Source: Tubulanus polymorphus
Taxonomy: Eukaryota; Animalia; Nemertea
Assembly: GCF_964204645.1 (NCBI RefSeq)
Contig: NC_134030.1
Location: 12,421,947-12,485,946 of the forward strand
DNA: 64,000 nucleotides
Direction: 5' to 3'
The notes beneath the pieces were generated by a model. It did not search any database. It was given only the letters and a program-made list of their open reading frames with translations, and was not told where the DNA came from. Shown piece after piece: positions 42,280 to 53,808 of the stretch (position 1 is its first letter; each line of letters opens with the position of its first letter). A program made the position numbers and the translations under genes.

Positions 42280-43627
42280 ATTCATGAGCGACAGTTGAGT
42301 CAGCATTTGGCTCCCGTAGTGCTGAAAAAACCGCCCTGTGGACACTCAGAGACGTCGCTATGACATCATCACCTGTTCATTAGCATAACAAAACAATTTA
42401 CGTGGTGCCACGTTACAAGCCGCGAAAGCCGTTGTCAGCATAACGGTACGGGGAAAGATCTTGAATTTGATTTCCATAAATATTATAGCTAGGTGCTGGC
42501 AAAACTGAATGTAATGCCAAGGCATATGTCTCATGTATATTCAAAAGGCAATGCTTGAGAACTTTATTGCGAGCTGAATGATGCAGTTGATATAGGCAAG
42601 TGCATAAAGAACCATGTGGTCCCAAGATCAAATACCAAAATTGTTTTTAATAGAATTTTATTTAGTTGGTCATTAGAGCATTCATACAATCCAGAAGATA
42701 TCTTGCACTACACAGTTGTTTATTTCTAAAAGAATAAAACAGTCTCGTGAACCAATGGGCCGATTATGATGAAACTTGGTACACATGTAATTTTATTAAA
42801 TAACACTCCATACCCCATAATATTAGTTGATTTTCTTTTCACTAAGAGTCATTACAGTAAATGCCTGTACCTCGGTTATACTTGATATACCTTCCGTATT
42901 GCCAAAGTTTGTATCTAGATGCATTTTTTCTACAAGCCTACAGCTACTTAGAAAATTAGAGAAAATCTGAATTATGAACACCTCGGATTAAGAGACTTTT
43001 TGACCCAAGTGTTGAATAAGGTGTCATAGTGCAAGGGTGTAGGAACATGTTCCGTATATTGATAGTGATTCGGTTCTTCATTTTGATGTGGTTTCTGTAC
43101 TTGAGGTGATATGGTATACTGGGTGACCAGAAGTACAGTCATTCAGTCAATCATTCATCCAGTTATCCAGTCAACCAATCAGCTGCGCATATAATCTGTG
43201 GGGCGGATGAATATAAATTATAAATATGTGATTCATCTTGGAACTATTAACAGGATTCTACACTTGGGTCAACCTTTTTAAAAGGACTCCAATTTTGAAA
43301 ATTAGAAATCCATAGCATCTAATTGATAGAAAATAGAGTTCCTTTTTCCTGATCATTTAGAATTAAATGCTTTTATTGATTCAATACTAAGTTCATTTTC
43401 TACGAGCGAAGGTGCCATATAAAACAAACACATGTTTGACTTATAAAAATGTCATTTCCTCAATTATTTTAGCACTTCGGGGATATAATATTTGTCTCAT
43501 GTAGACGAGATTTCAATTTACAAAATCGATTCAGGGATTGAATCTATTAGGGAAATGAATGGCAAAATTCCGGACCTCATTATTTCAGCCAACTTCGCAT
43601 TGAAATCATACTTTGAAATAATTTTAG

Positions 43628-43734
43628 GACATAACTGTTCTCGAAAAAGAATTGTTGAATGGCCAAAGTTTGCAGGGCCCACCGACAGCTGCTGAAATCA
43701 ACATTATGCTAAAAAGCAAGGGTTTGGAAGATAG
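43628..43734 (+). CDS. GPD1: GPD1 exon 8 (107 nt)
   Basis: TTTTAG| [35 protein letters not shown](R) |GTAAGT. Confidence 0.95.
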
Positions 43735-43885
43735 GTAAGTTTTGTTGTCTGTCGTACTGAGAGGATAGCATCAGAACTGTTCTATTCGATTCCTGAAGGA
43801 CTGGGTAGTAAAACCACTCTAAATGCAGGTCTGATGGATGCTAAAATAATTTTGTCTTGCTTTTCATAATGGAATGCTTATTTGT

Positions 43886-44189
43886 GGAGCGGTGTGGCCG
43901 AGCGGTTAGAGCGTTCGACTTTGGGAAGCCAGGTCGTGAGTTCGAACCTCGTACATTGCCGTAGTGTCCTCGGGCAAGACACTTATCCTCATTGCCTCTC
44001 TCCACCCAGGAGTAAATGGGTACCTGGCCTGATAGATGACTCCTGAGCGTTTGTTAGCAGCTCGGTGTTACTTCTCCCCAGGGAGAGATGACTGATACAT
44101 GTTCGAGTATAAAATTGGCCGGGGTAATGATATCGAAAAATCTAAAGCGCTCTGAGCAGCTTGGCTGGATTTAGCGCTATATAAGACAC

Positions 44190-44190
<1 letters not shown>
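43886..44190 (+). mobile_element. tRNA-derived CORE-type SINE with L2-like tail
   Basis: A box TGGCCGAGCGG, B box AGTTCGAACC, CORE-like GTGTCCTCGGGCAAGACACTT...GTAAATGGG, tail AAAGCGCTCTGAG...AGCGCTATATAAG then (TTA)n. Confidence 0.85.
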
Positions 44191-44237
<47 letters not shown>

Positions 44238-44469
44238 TACTATTACTATTGCTATTGCTACTGCTACTGCTACTGCTACTGCTACTGCTACTGCTACTGC
44301 TACTGCTACTGCTACTGCTACTGCTACTGCTACTGCTACTGCTACTGCTACTGCTACTACTACTACTACTACTATTTATATTATTATTATTTATTATTAT
44401 TATTATTGTTGTTATCGTTATCGTTATCGCTATCGCTATCGTTATCGTTATCATTATCATTATTATTAT
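44191..44469. repeat. Compound microsatellite (TTA)n-(CTATTA)n-(CTGCTA)n-(TTATCG)n grown from the SINE tail
   Basis: Direct reading. Confidence 0.97.
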
Positions 44470-45206
44470 GCTTTCAAAAGAAATTCAAATGACTTAGTCA
44501 CAGTCCATTTTGGGGTTGGAGGTTCCAAAAAAAGAACTGATCCATTCAATACAATCATATCCTGAGGTTATTTTCCTATCATTGAATTATTGATCCATCC
44601 ATGAATGGAGCTGGCTGAAATTGACAGATAGTCTAGGGTGGATGGATTTGCTTTCTGACTGCCTTTCAGGGGATGGTGCCTCTTATGTAAATTTGAAATG
44701 AAAATGCTGAGTAAATGTGCTTTGTGGCGATAGGGGTCTGGACACTTTGCTAAGAATATGTTAAAATCAAATGGCTGTTAAGGACATTTCAACCTGACAG
44801 AGGTTTTCTTGTCGCAAAAATGACTTTTCACCATGTAACTTGCAATGAATATTTGAAAAACTCACCAGGGTCACCTTGAATTAATCAGCATTTACCATCC
44901 ACCTCACTCACCAAATTTTGGATAGAAAATGTTGTTTCTAGAAAAAAGCCCTTTGAAAGATTCTGGCTGTCTTTCAGTGGTATACTGTATCCACCCCTGT
45001 AGTCAAGCAGTTCACCCAATCGGAATGGTGTCCCTTGATACCTAGTTTGCCTGAGCTAGAGATATTGTGGCGGTAATGGGAGGTTTAGTAATACTCATGT
45101 TCACTGACCATTATGAATTATGAAATATGGTTGTTACAGGTCATTTTGATGATAATCTCATGTCATATATATCATTTTGCTTATTTATTTATTTTTCAAT
45201 TTGTAG

Positions 45207-45303
45207 GTTTCCGATGTTTACCGCTATTCACAGGATGTGTGTGAAAGAATTGGAATGCTCAAAGTTTATTGACTGTTTGAAAAACCATCCTGAACACATG
45301 TAA
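45207..45303 (+). CDS. GPD1: GPD1 exon 9 (97 nt incl. TAA); spliced CDS 1053 nt = 350 aa
   Basis: TTGTAG| FPMFTAIHRMCVKELECSKFIDCLKNHPEHM*; all nine exons join in frame. Confidence 0.96.
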
Positions 45304-45440
45304 TTACCTGAATTTCCTGTTATAGATTAACTCGATATGAACACATATTTTAATATCAATCCCATAAGCAGTGAAGAAATCATGGCAGTACAATTTCTTA
45401 ACGGGTAATCTAGCCTTAGTTTTGAACAATATCACTTGTT

Positions 45441-45446
45441 AATAAA
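45441..45446 (+). terminator. Candidate polyadenylation signal AATAAA for GPD1 (another at 45551)
   Basis: First AATAAA after the stop codon. Confidence 0.45.
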
Positions 45447-48370
45447 GCAAATCGCGTAAATGGCAATAATAGTCTATGCTTTTTTTTCGAAACCTTATTC
45501 GTCGAAAATAACCTGCTGAAATGTTGGAGTGTTTTATGTCCCACTTTTTGAATAAATTGTTTGATTTTTAGTTCACATGAAAGATAAAAGGACATTTAGA
45601 TAGTACAGGAGGCAGCATTTCAGTATTTGAGGGATGGGTGAGAACTTGTCGTTTATGTAGAAAATAACATAGTATGATGCTGTGGGTTTGACGATTGATT
45701 ATTTTTTCATTCATGCACTTCACAATTCTTGGTTGATTCTTCTTTGGAGCTTTGCTTTTGTTATTGAACCTAACTTTATCTTTTACAGTAAACCATGTGT
45801 AAGTCAGATCGGTGGGCAAGTCAAGAGGGGAATATTCGGTCCCATTCATTCTCGTTTTCTTGTTCTCCCCAAGTCAGATTTTCTCATTCAGAAACTTGAA
45901 ACTGAATACATATAGGCCCTAGTTGAAAATATATTTAAATCACTAGCCAGAGTAGTCACTAGACAACCTTTCTGCCCAAGATAGCGAAGTCGAGCGTGGT
46001 ACCGGTACCGAAATTGAGCTGTTTCATTTCAAACCAGCATATTAAAAAGTTCATTCTTAAGTCAAATTTTCATATTCCAGTCCTAAAACATCTGACTAAT
46101 GCATGGATACAATATTAACCAATGACAACCCAACTTCAGACAATAGTGCTTATGGATTCTCATTTCCAATACTGCGGAAGCGGAAGGATTATGTTTTATT
46201 TTGTTTTTATTTGCTTCTTATGTATCTAACATATTGAGAAAATCACAGCTTAGGCTTTTGCTGAAGCACTTAATTCATCACAGTCATTACAGGATGTATC
46301 TTATTCAAACTGCTGACTTAGAAGCATGAATGTTGAATCATGAACTTTTAGCCTTGGTTCCAATAGAGGCATGTAAGCAACTAAATCTATGATAGGCTAT
46401 GGACACAGGATACGAATGGGTTAGAGGGATATTCCCACTCTTGCCCAAGCAATGAAAATTTTCAGCCATATTGGAAAACTTAATTTTTAACCTGGGGTGA
46501 CATACGGAGGCGTTAAGCCACTTTCTAGATATTTAAGATGAATTTTTGAAGTGTCTAGATGAATTAGGAAATTTGGAGAAAAAGACAGTTTGCTAGATTA
46601 TTTCTGCTGATCCTAAGCCTTTGCAATGCACTACACCGCACAATGCAATTTGCATGATAATGCTTCCTTCTATATTTTCAGGCATGAAACCGCACGTTTT
46701 TAATCATTTTGACAATTGCAGTATTCCATAGAAAAACCACGAAAAAAAGAGAAAAAATCTGCATGCATTTTGTGATTTTGGGATACTTTTCCTTCCATGC
46801 TTAGTAACATTCAATAAATCTGTTGATCTCATATGTCTTCGATTTGTATCTATCCATGAACATGAACATATTGCTAAATATTGTATAAATCCAGCGCTTG
46901 TAGTTTAGACATGTATAGTATTTCACTTACGATAAATTATTTTTAAAGTTGACTCCGCTTACCTCAGAGCTGATTACTTGGATTATCCTCTATGTAAGTT
47001 CTTTAAGATTATTCCATTTCAATCTGCAGTCAATTCTCGATATACTGCCCGCATTGGTGCAGAACTATTTTGGCGGTATAGAGAGCATGGCGGTATATCG
47101 GGGTGTTTTACAATGTAATTGTGTAGAGATGTACTTTGAGAAAACCTGGCGGTAGGCTGGGGTGAAGGTTTGGGAGGGCAGTATATCGGGGATGACTGTA
47201 TTTTGAACAGAATCCATTGTATATATTTTTGATCAGAATCCATTGTTTGCTGGCAGTCGCTAACGTTGGATGACCGCTTAGCTCAGCCAATTTCAAAGGC
47301 ATAATCGGTACATTCTTTGCCTGTGGTACCTATGATATTCTGACGGGTGGGCGGAGAAAAGATTGCAAAGGAAAAAACGCCAGGGAAAATTTATCAGAAT
47401 TTAGAGATGAAACTACCGTGACTACTGACAATGTCAATAATGACATTCAGCTAATGATTTAATGACATGATTTATTTGTATGAGGCATTCTATTATTTCA
47501 AACAAAAAATATTATAATGAGAAACAATTAAAACGTATTATAATGAGTTCAGAGAATTTAATGACTACTTATTTTTCATGAGGCATATTATCTAGTTCAA
47601 ACAATTTTATGCATATACTGAGTTAAGAAAATCTAATATACGATACATGCATTTAGATTGTGTGTCGAATATGATCATCGTAAATTTACCTAAAATAATT
47701 CAGGAATTGATCACATGTAATCTCAAAAATTGACGTGTCAAAAGAGCGATGCATTTATTTTCGTCGTAGGTAATGGAATGATGGTTGATTTAGATTTGAT
47801 TTTCCCAGGCCTTTTTTCTAGTGTGATGGTCATAATACATGTATCATACAGGCATTCAAAACACAATATGAACATCACATTTAGGCGCTATAGTGTTTAG
47901 GAAGTAAATATGGAAGTTAAGGTTCTATCATTAAAAAATGTGCTCGTAATCCGGTTCACCCGGAATTTCTTTACTTCCGCAAAAATCTATTGTTCTCGCG
48001 AGGTCCGAAGTTAGCGGAGTTTACTGTACCCCAGTACATGACAAATAGTTTTGCTGTCAAATCATTGAAACAATCCTGTGCTGCTTTTATGTTTACCCCG
48101 CAAAATAATTGAGGAAATGGTGTGGTGAGCAGTTTTTCTGTCCTTGCATGCATGCTTTACACAATACGGCCCTCGTCTCATCCGAGATACCCCAGAGTTC
48201 TACTGTGGTTTATATAACAGCATCTAGGCTCAAACGTTTTGATAAAGGATATAATTCAATCTATAAGATAATACATTGTACGTTCATGTACTTATCAGGG
48301 TGTATGCCGTTAACTCGTATTTGTTAAATGATGTGTAAAATATATTCATTCATACGACGTACCGTATGCA

Positions 48371-48932
48371 GTGGAGAAATATATATTTATTAGAAATACC
48401 TTTCTGGCTTATCGTTATTTCTTAGATTTCCGTAAACAGTTCTTGTTGGAATGTGATAGTGAGAGAATGGACGACAACACATCCCAGCTTAAAGAGGCAC
48501 TTGATTTAAGTAGCGTGAACGACACACCTTCGCACTTCTGCGCTTGCGGCGAGAGCAGAGTCAGTCAAATTCTATGGTCAATGAACGTAAATTCAACATA
48601 GTACACTACTAACATGACGGAAAACCTAAGTAAAATTCTACGAGCAATTTGCTCGTAGAATTCTCATACCTTCATACACAGATTCCAGTCTCAGTAGGGC
48701 ATTTTCCCCGTTGTAAAAAGAGTTCCTGAAGGCCAAATAAGTTCATTTCATTGTTCGAGAGTGCATCTGGCATAAATGCGATAATGACCATGAACAAATA
48801 AGTTAAGTCAACACATATGACGATTGAATCCTATCTTCCACGCGTGGTATTCTTCAATTTAATTGTTGCTTAGTGTTAGCTTTTCCGAACTACCAATCCC
48901 CATGGTAAGTTATTTTACCAAGGAAGAACTCT
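48371..48932 (-). pseudogene. Remnant of a paralogous GPCR 3' end and 3' UTR
   Basis: 48849-48932 (minus) reads EFFLGKITYHGIGSSEKLTLSNN* vs EFFISKITCRTINTSERKD* of the GPCR at 50431; 48371-48518 aligns to 50207-50392. Confidence 0.7.
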
Positions 48933-50430
48933 ATTTTTCAGAGGATGCGCATGTTATGAAACACGCTTTCAGAGGATGCGCATGTTATCGAACATGCTTT
49001 AACACACATTTTATGCTCTTTTTTCATCTTTATTGTGCAAAATCAATAATGTAAAGCATGACGGAATAATAAAGATTTTTTTAAAATTGTATTCTGACTG
49101 AAAATCTGGTATATGATAGGCTAACTATGGTGAGTGATTCGGCAGACCACATTTATTTACGGAATTCGTCTTCGCTTTCAGAATATGTATAAAACTGTAT
49201 GTTCACCGCTTTATGATCATTGGGGTACCGGTACTTAGTATGGCAGAAGGTAATTTTTTGTCCAACGCGATTCCGTTCATGTGTAGTGATTCAGCATTAT
49301 AGTTACAGTGGGAAACTGTTATTTCAAGAATTAAAATTGAATTCAGAACTGCGTATGAACTGAGTGCAGTAAGCTCACTTTTATTGCAGAAGTTGAGGAG
49401 CAGCAGGAGATCCTTGCAGCTGTAATTGAAGGAACCCGTTTGAAGTTCGATGGACCATAATGTTGCACAAGAGTGTATAAACACTACTCTGGACGGGCAC
49501 ATGGGAGGGAAACTGCAAAACGTGGGCGGCCAATAGGAGGATCTGCCTGGTTGGATGTTATAAAACGTTGGCTAGGACTAGGGGCCAGAGCAGCGTGGTG
49601 TACCTAGTTAAAAGTAAAAATAAGGCACAAATACTGTCTTAATTTGAGTGTTTGAATGCTAAATTTTAATCCATTGGAATTCTCAAAATGACAGACGGCT
49701 TCTAAACTTTTATCAATAGATTCTTCTAACGAATTCATTTTGGAGTAGCACATGTAGTAGTTTTAATAAAGTTTTGTATCCTTTCATCGGAGTAAAGCGA
49801 CAGTCAAATCATCCGCCATTATTGTATATATTCGGTCAAATCTAAAATGTTGATAGGAGTTGAACAATATAAATAAGGTCATATTACAGTCATAGTGTAA
49901 TGAGTGATTATTTGATATTTTCCCTTCCATACTTTAACCATCCAATAAGTCTATTGATCTCATATGTTCATGATTGCATCATCTCTGATTGCTATCATAA
50001 ATGTGTTTCCTTTCCGAGCACGTGTGTGTGCTTCAGAAGATTCAAAATTCTACTGTGCATCATATTTACATAAGAACATCTCGGCTAAACCATTTGACGT
50101 TATAGGGTTGAATGATTTAATGCCCATGTACTTATCAAGGTTTGTCATTTGTGTCATGCAGTAAGATCGTAATTGTTGTTTAACATAGTCTAAATATTCT
50201 AATGTTGTGGAGAAATATACATATAGCGGGGGTGGCGGTAAATGGGAGGGTGACTGTATTCGTTAGAATTGCCTTTCTGGCTTAACGTAATAATTCTTTG
50301 GTTCAGATTTCCGTAAACAGTAATTGTTGAAATGTGATAGTGAGATAATGGATGACAACGAGCTGAACAGGCACTTGAGTTGAGTAGTGTATACGTGTAT
50401 CACGTAGTTTATTCTTCAATTTAGTGGTTG

Positions 50431-51396
50431 CTAGTCCTTTCTCTCCGAAGTATTAATCGTACGACAAGTTATTTTACTGATGAAGAACTCCCGAACCTCT
50501 GTTCCAAGCAAGTAAATAAAGAAATTACATGAAAAGTTGATGCTCGAGAATAGAGTCAGAACGACGCGTACCGTCTTTGTAGCTTTGGGAGAACCCGGGA
50601 TACTGGATACTATCGAGTTCAGACCGTTAGGCAGTAAAGTTATTAGAAAAACCATTGACACGGTCACTAGCATCGTCGTAGTACGACTAGCCTTAGCAGA
50701 TTTTACGTCACCTTGTCCGAAGTCCCGTCGTTTGTACAAGATTATGATGATGATCAGATTTGCAGTGGCAGTCAGTAAAATCGGTAACGTAATTTTATAA
50801 ATCACAACCGAAACCGTTTTCCGTAAGTTGATTTTAGCTCCGACAAAGTGGCATCCAAGTTTTGCTGAATGCTGCATTATGACACTCGGTCCGAGCCCCA
50901 TGATGGCACATGGAATTAGTAAAATGATGATTGTCGTGCGTGCAAATCTAGTCGTGCAGACGATCCGTGCCGTAAACGGAAAAATAACTAACATCAGTCG
51001 TTCAAACGAAATAACAACCACCAACCAACAACTCATCGATGATATTGTCAACATGATATATTCATAAACAACACATTCAGCCAGGTTGTGGAATGTAATT
51101 CCTCCGTGGCCATATATGTGGAGATAATAGTCGACCTCGGGCATTGCTAGATGACCTATTCCCGTGACTAGATCAGTGCATGCCAGCACAGCCAGGTAGT
51201 TTGCGTAGGAAAATCTTCTGAACTTTTTACTCGTCATTACGAGAAAACTGGCGACGTTTCCGAATAGCCCAGCACTGAAGATTATCGGCCCAACTATTTT
51301 AGAGACGATCTGCAAAGTCGGTGGCAATCTTGACAGTCCCTTTAGCGTGACGAACGTGTAAAATGGTCGTGTGATTATATCAGGTGTTGAATTCAT
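50431..51396 (-). CDS. Rhodopsin-class peptide-receptor-like GPCR (321 aa), single coding exon
   Basis: GLFGNVAS (TM1), LACTDL (TM2), SFERLMLVIFP (DRY position), TLLPN (TM6), INFSCNFFIYLLG (TM7); probable 5'-UTR acceptor TTCTTTCAG ending at 51422. Confidence 0.9.
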   Translation of the reverse strand: MNSTPDIITRPFYTFVTLKGLSRLPPTLQIVSKIVGPIIFSAGLFGNVASFLVMTSKKFRRFSYANYLAVLACTDLVTGIGHLAMPEVDYYLHIYGHGGITFHNLAECVVYEYIMLTISSMSCWLVVVISFERLMLVIFPFTARIVCTTRFARTTIIILLIPCAIMGLGPSVIMQHSAKLGCHFVGAKINLRKTVSVVIYKITLPILLTATANLIIIIILYKRRDFGQGDVKSAKASRTTTMLVTVSMVFLITLLPNGLNSIVSSIPGSPKATKTVRVVLTLFSSINFSCNFFIYLLGTEVREFFISKITCRTINTSERKD

Positions 51397-52381
51397 TTTT
51401 TAAACCCCCAATCGGCAAGGACTGAAAGAATCAATGTGAAATTATATGTCTCGTCACAAAACCTGTGATAATCGTCCCAGTCATTATCTGTCTGTGGAGA
51501 ATTGGTTTAAATAATGGTTTCATGCATCGATTATCAATCGATACGGATATTATTAGATACAGGTAAATCATCTATAATTTGACGGTAGCGGAGAATTTAT
51601 TCCGGGGAAAATGAAGTTTCTTGTCAATTAATGTATACCGTATATATACATTATAAAACTGTTAAACTGTATATACTATTGTTTTGATAATGTGGCTGAA
51701 ATGCATATATGTATTTCAGCCACATTCTCAAATCAATACATATGAATTTCAATTTCATTCAACGAATGAAAAGGTTTTCACCAATAAGTAAATCTTTTAA
51801 AATCGATGCTCAGATTTGCTCAAGACCAGAGAAAATATTCCAATCATATCTGCTCGAGGTCCTCACCATATTGTGGTAAATTGTCCATATTTTTTCGCTC
51901 CGGGGTGATGTTCCACTTGTTGGATGTGACTAAATCCTCAACCATAGAAAAACAAGTCCTCTTCTTATTTCCCATACCGCAAACTACAGTTTTACAAAAT
52001 ACTGTGCCAATGACCAACAGCTGACTTCAAAGACCAATAAAGTATGTCAGGAAAAGAGGTCAAAAACGAACCCCAAATTGAAGTTTTATGGTAAATCTTC
52101 TAACGAAAAGATTTATGATCGCAAACATCCTATCAACAGATCAGTATTCCAACATGAATTTTGTTCGGTTGGTTTGGGTAACCAGTGGATAACTGACATA
52201 GTGACGTAATGCACTATTAACAGGCTACATTTATCCACAGGTTAACTCTATAATCAACTTTTGAGCAATTGCACTCAGCGAAATTAACTCTGACATTGAA
52301 TACTAAATACAATATACATGTATTGTCAATAACGTCAAATGATTTAGGAGCTTGTAAAAACCTGCACTACAAATGAAAATC

Positions 52382-52684
52382 TTAATGGTTAGTAGCTTGT
52401 GGACCAGCGGATTCTAAATGCGTCGGTGGTACGCTTGCTGCAGCAGATTGAGGTGGTGAGGGTCTCGAAAGCGGTATCTTGAAGCCAAATTTTAGTCCCT
52501 TCCTCCCAGCGACTGACTTAAAATGCAGATAAAGCACGTCTCCGACAGAGAAGGCAAGTAAGGTGGCTGCGTCCTGACAAACAGGTGGGTTCATTTTGAA
52601 CAAATTTCCGTACGCGCTGAACTCTAAGATAACGTCCCTACAAGCTTGGTCTATGTCCACCTCTATGACACGGAAACCAACACC
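52382..52684 (-). CDS. Secreted repeat + CUB protein, exon 4 (CUB C-half and tail); spliced CDS 2166 nt = 721 aa
   Basis: TTTTACTAG| GVGFRVIEVDIDQACRDVILEF...VCQD...FSVGDVLYLHFKS..GLKFGF matches the CUB pattern. Confidence 0.75.
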   Translation of the reverse strand, partial: GVGFRVIEVDIDQACRDVILEFSAYGNLFKMNPPVCQDAATLLAFSVGDVLYLHFKSVAGRKGLKFGFKIPLSRPSPPQSAAASVPPTHLESAGPQATNH

Positions 52685-52774
52685 CTAGTAAAAATGAAAA
52701 ATAAGTTTCATAATATCAAGTAAATGAAGACAAATGGACGTACACAGCAGATTAGTCTAAACATTTTGAGACAA

Positions 52775-53270
52775 ATAGCGAGAAAACAAATATTAAAGCA
52801 AGAAAATGAATACTAACGCGACAAAAGAAATGCTTAGGACGAGAAAACAAATTATTTTGTTTTTCGCCTGAAATATTTTTCTCGTTATGTTCTGTTTTGG
52901 CGGGGCGAGAAAACGAACTTTTGTTATTTGAATATTATTGTGAGAAAACAAATATTTGAAAAAAATGATGAAATAAAAATTCGGATATATATGTAATGAA
53001 CACGTTAGATCCCGTGTGCTACATACAATATGTTTCCATTTCCTGTCGGTTGTTGGACTGTTCTTTACATTGCAACGATACGCACCCTTCTTGATCCCAC
53101 CAAAATAAATATTTAAGCGAGAAAACAAATGTTACCGCGAGAAATCAAAATTTAGCGCAAGAAAAACCATTTCGGACGAGAGAACAAAACGATTTGTTTT
53201 CCTGTGCCAATTTTTGTTTTCTCGCCATAAAGTTCTTTTTATACTTTTCGTTATAGAAAAATCTCGGCGT
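52775..53270. repeat. Repeat cluster with multiple (G/A)CGAGAAAACAAA subrepeats in both orientations (MITE-like)
   Basis: Motif recurs at about 52778, 52839, 52905, 52940, 53117, 53137 with reverse copies; lies in intron 3 of the CUB gene. Confidence 0.5.
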
Positions 53271-53551
53271 GGTCTGAATTAGCAACCATAAGACCGATGC
53301 ACCACAACGTTTCGGTTGTTGATTTACAGCCATCATCAGATGATGGTCAGAGAACACGTTGTTTGTGAGTCTCATTTGTCAGAATTTTATATTCATCTTG
53401 AGAATCGGAAATTTTTATCACTGTCCCTTTCGCCAGGATTGTATATTTGCCATCTCCATTAGTGTTATTTTTATGAGATGGCTGAACTTGGTGGAAAACA
53501 AGGAAGACCCATTAGTTTTGTTGGGTTTTATTGCATTATTCATTTACATAC

Positions 53552-53679
53552 CATATTTCTTGGAGCGTATATAAGCCACTTGTAATCTACATTCGTTACC
53601 AAAGGATTGCCAGTCACGTCGATAATAGTTTCATTGATTCCTGCATGCAAATTGGTGAATGTACCCTCTGGTGGCAAGG
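53552..53679 (-). CDS. Secreted repeat + CUB protein, exon 3 (CUB N-half)
   Basis: ATTACAG| LPPEGTFTNLHAGINETIIDVTGNPLVTNVDYKWLIYAPRNM |GTATGT; in frame with exons 2 and 4. Confidence 0.75.
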
Positions 53680-53808
53680 CTGTAATATACGTTCAGTATA
53701 TGGTAACCGGTAATTTCAGTAGTAAAATCAGTTTTCCGACGAAATTTTACTTGAGCAGGTACAAGAACAGTAGGAAGGCCTACATTTTTAGCATTTCAAC
53801 TACACTAC

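Noticed and set aside
43661-43678. GPD1 GQSLQG instead of vertebrate GQKLQG as a loss-of-function change
   Set aside because: Ser at this position occurs in active enzymes (yeast NGQSAQG, from memory); catalytic motifs are intact
43886-43960. Functional tRNA gene
   Set aside because: A/B boxes continue into a CORE-like domain and tail with no proper acceptor stem; it is a SINE head
44068-44497. Poly-Ser/Asn and poly-Leu ORFs
   Set aside because: Translation of the SINE-tail microsatellite
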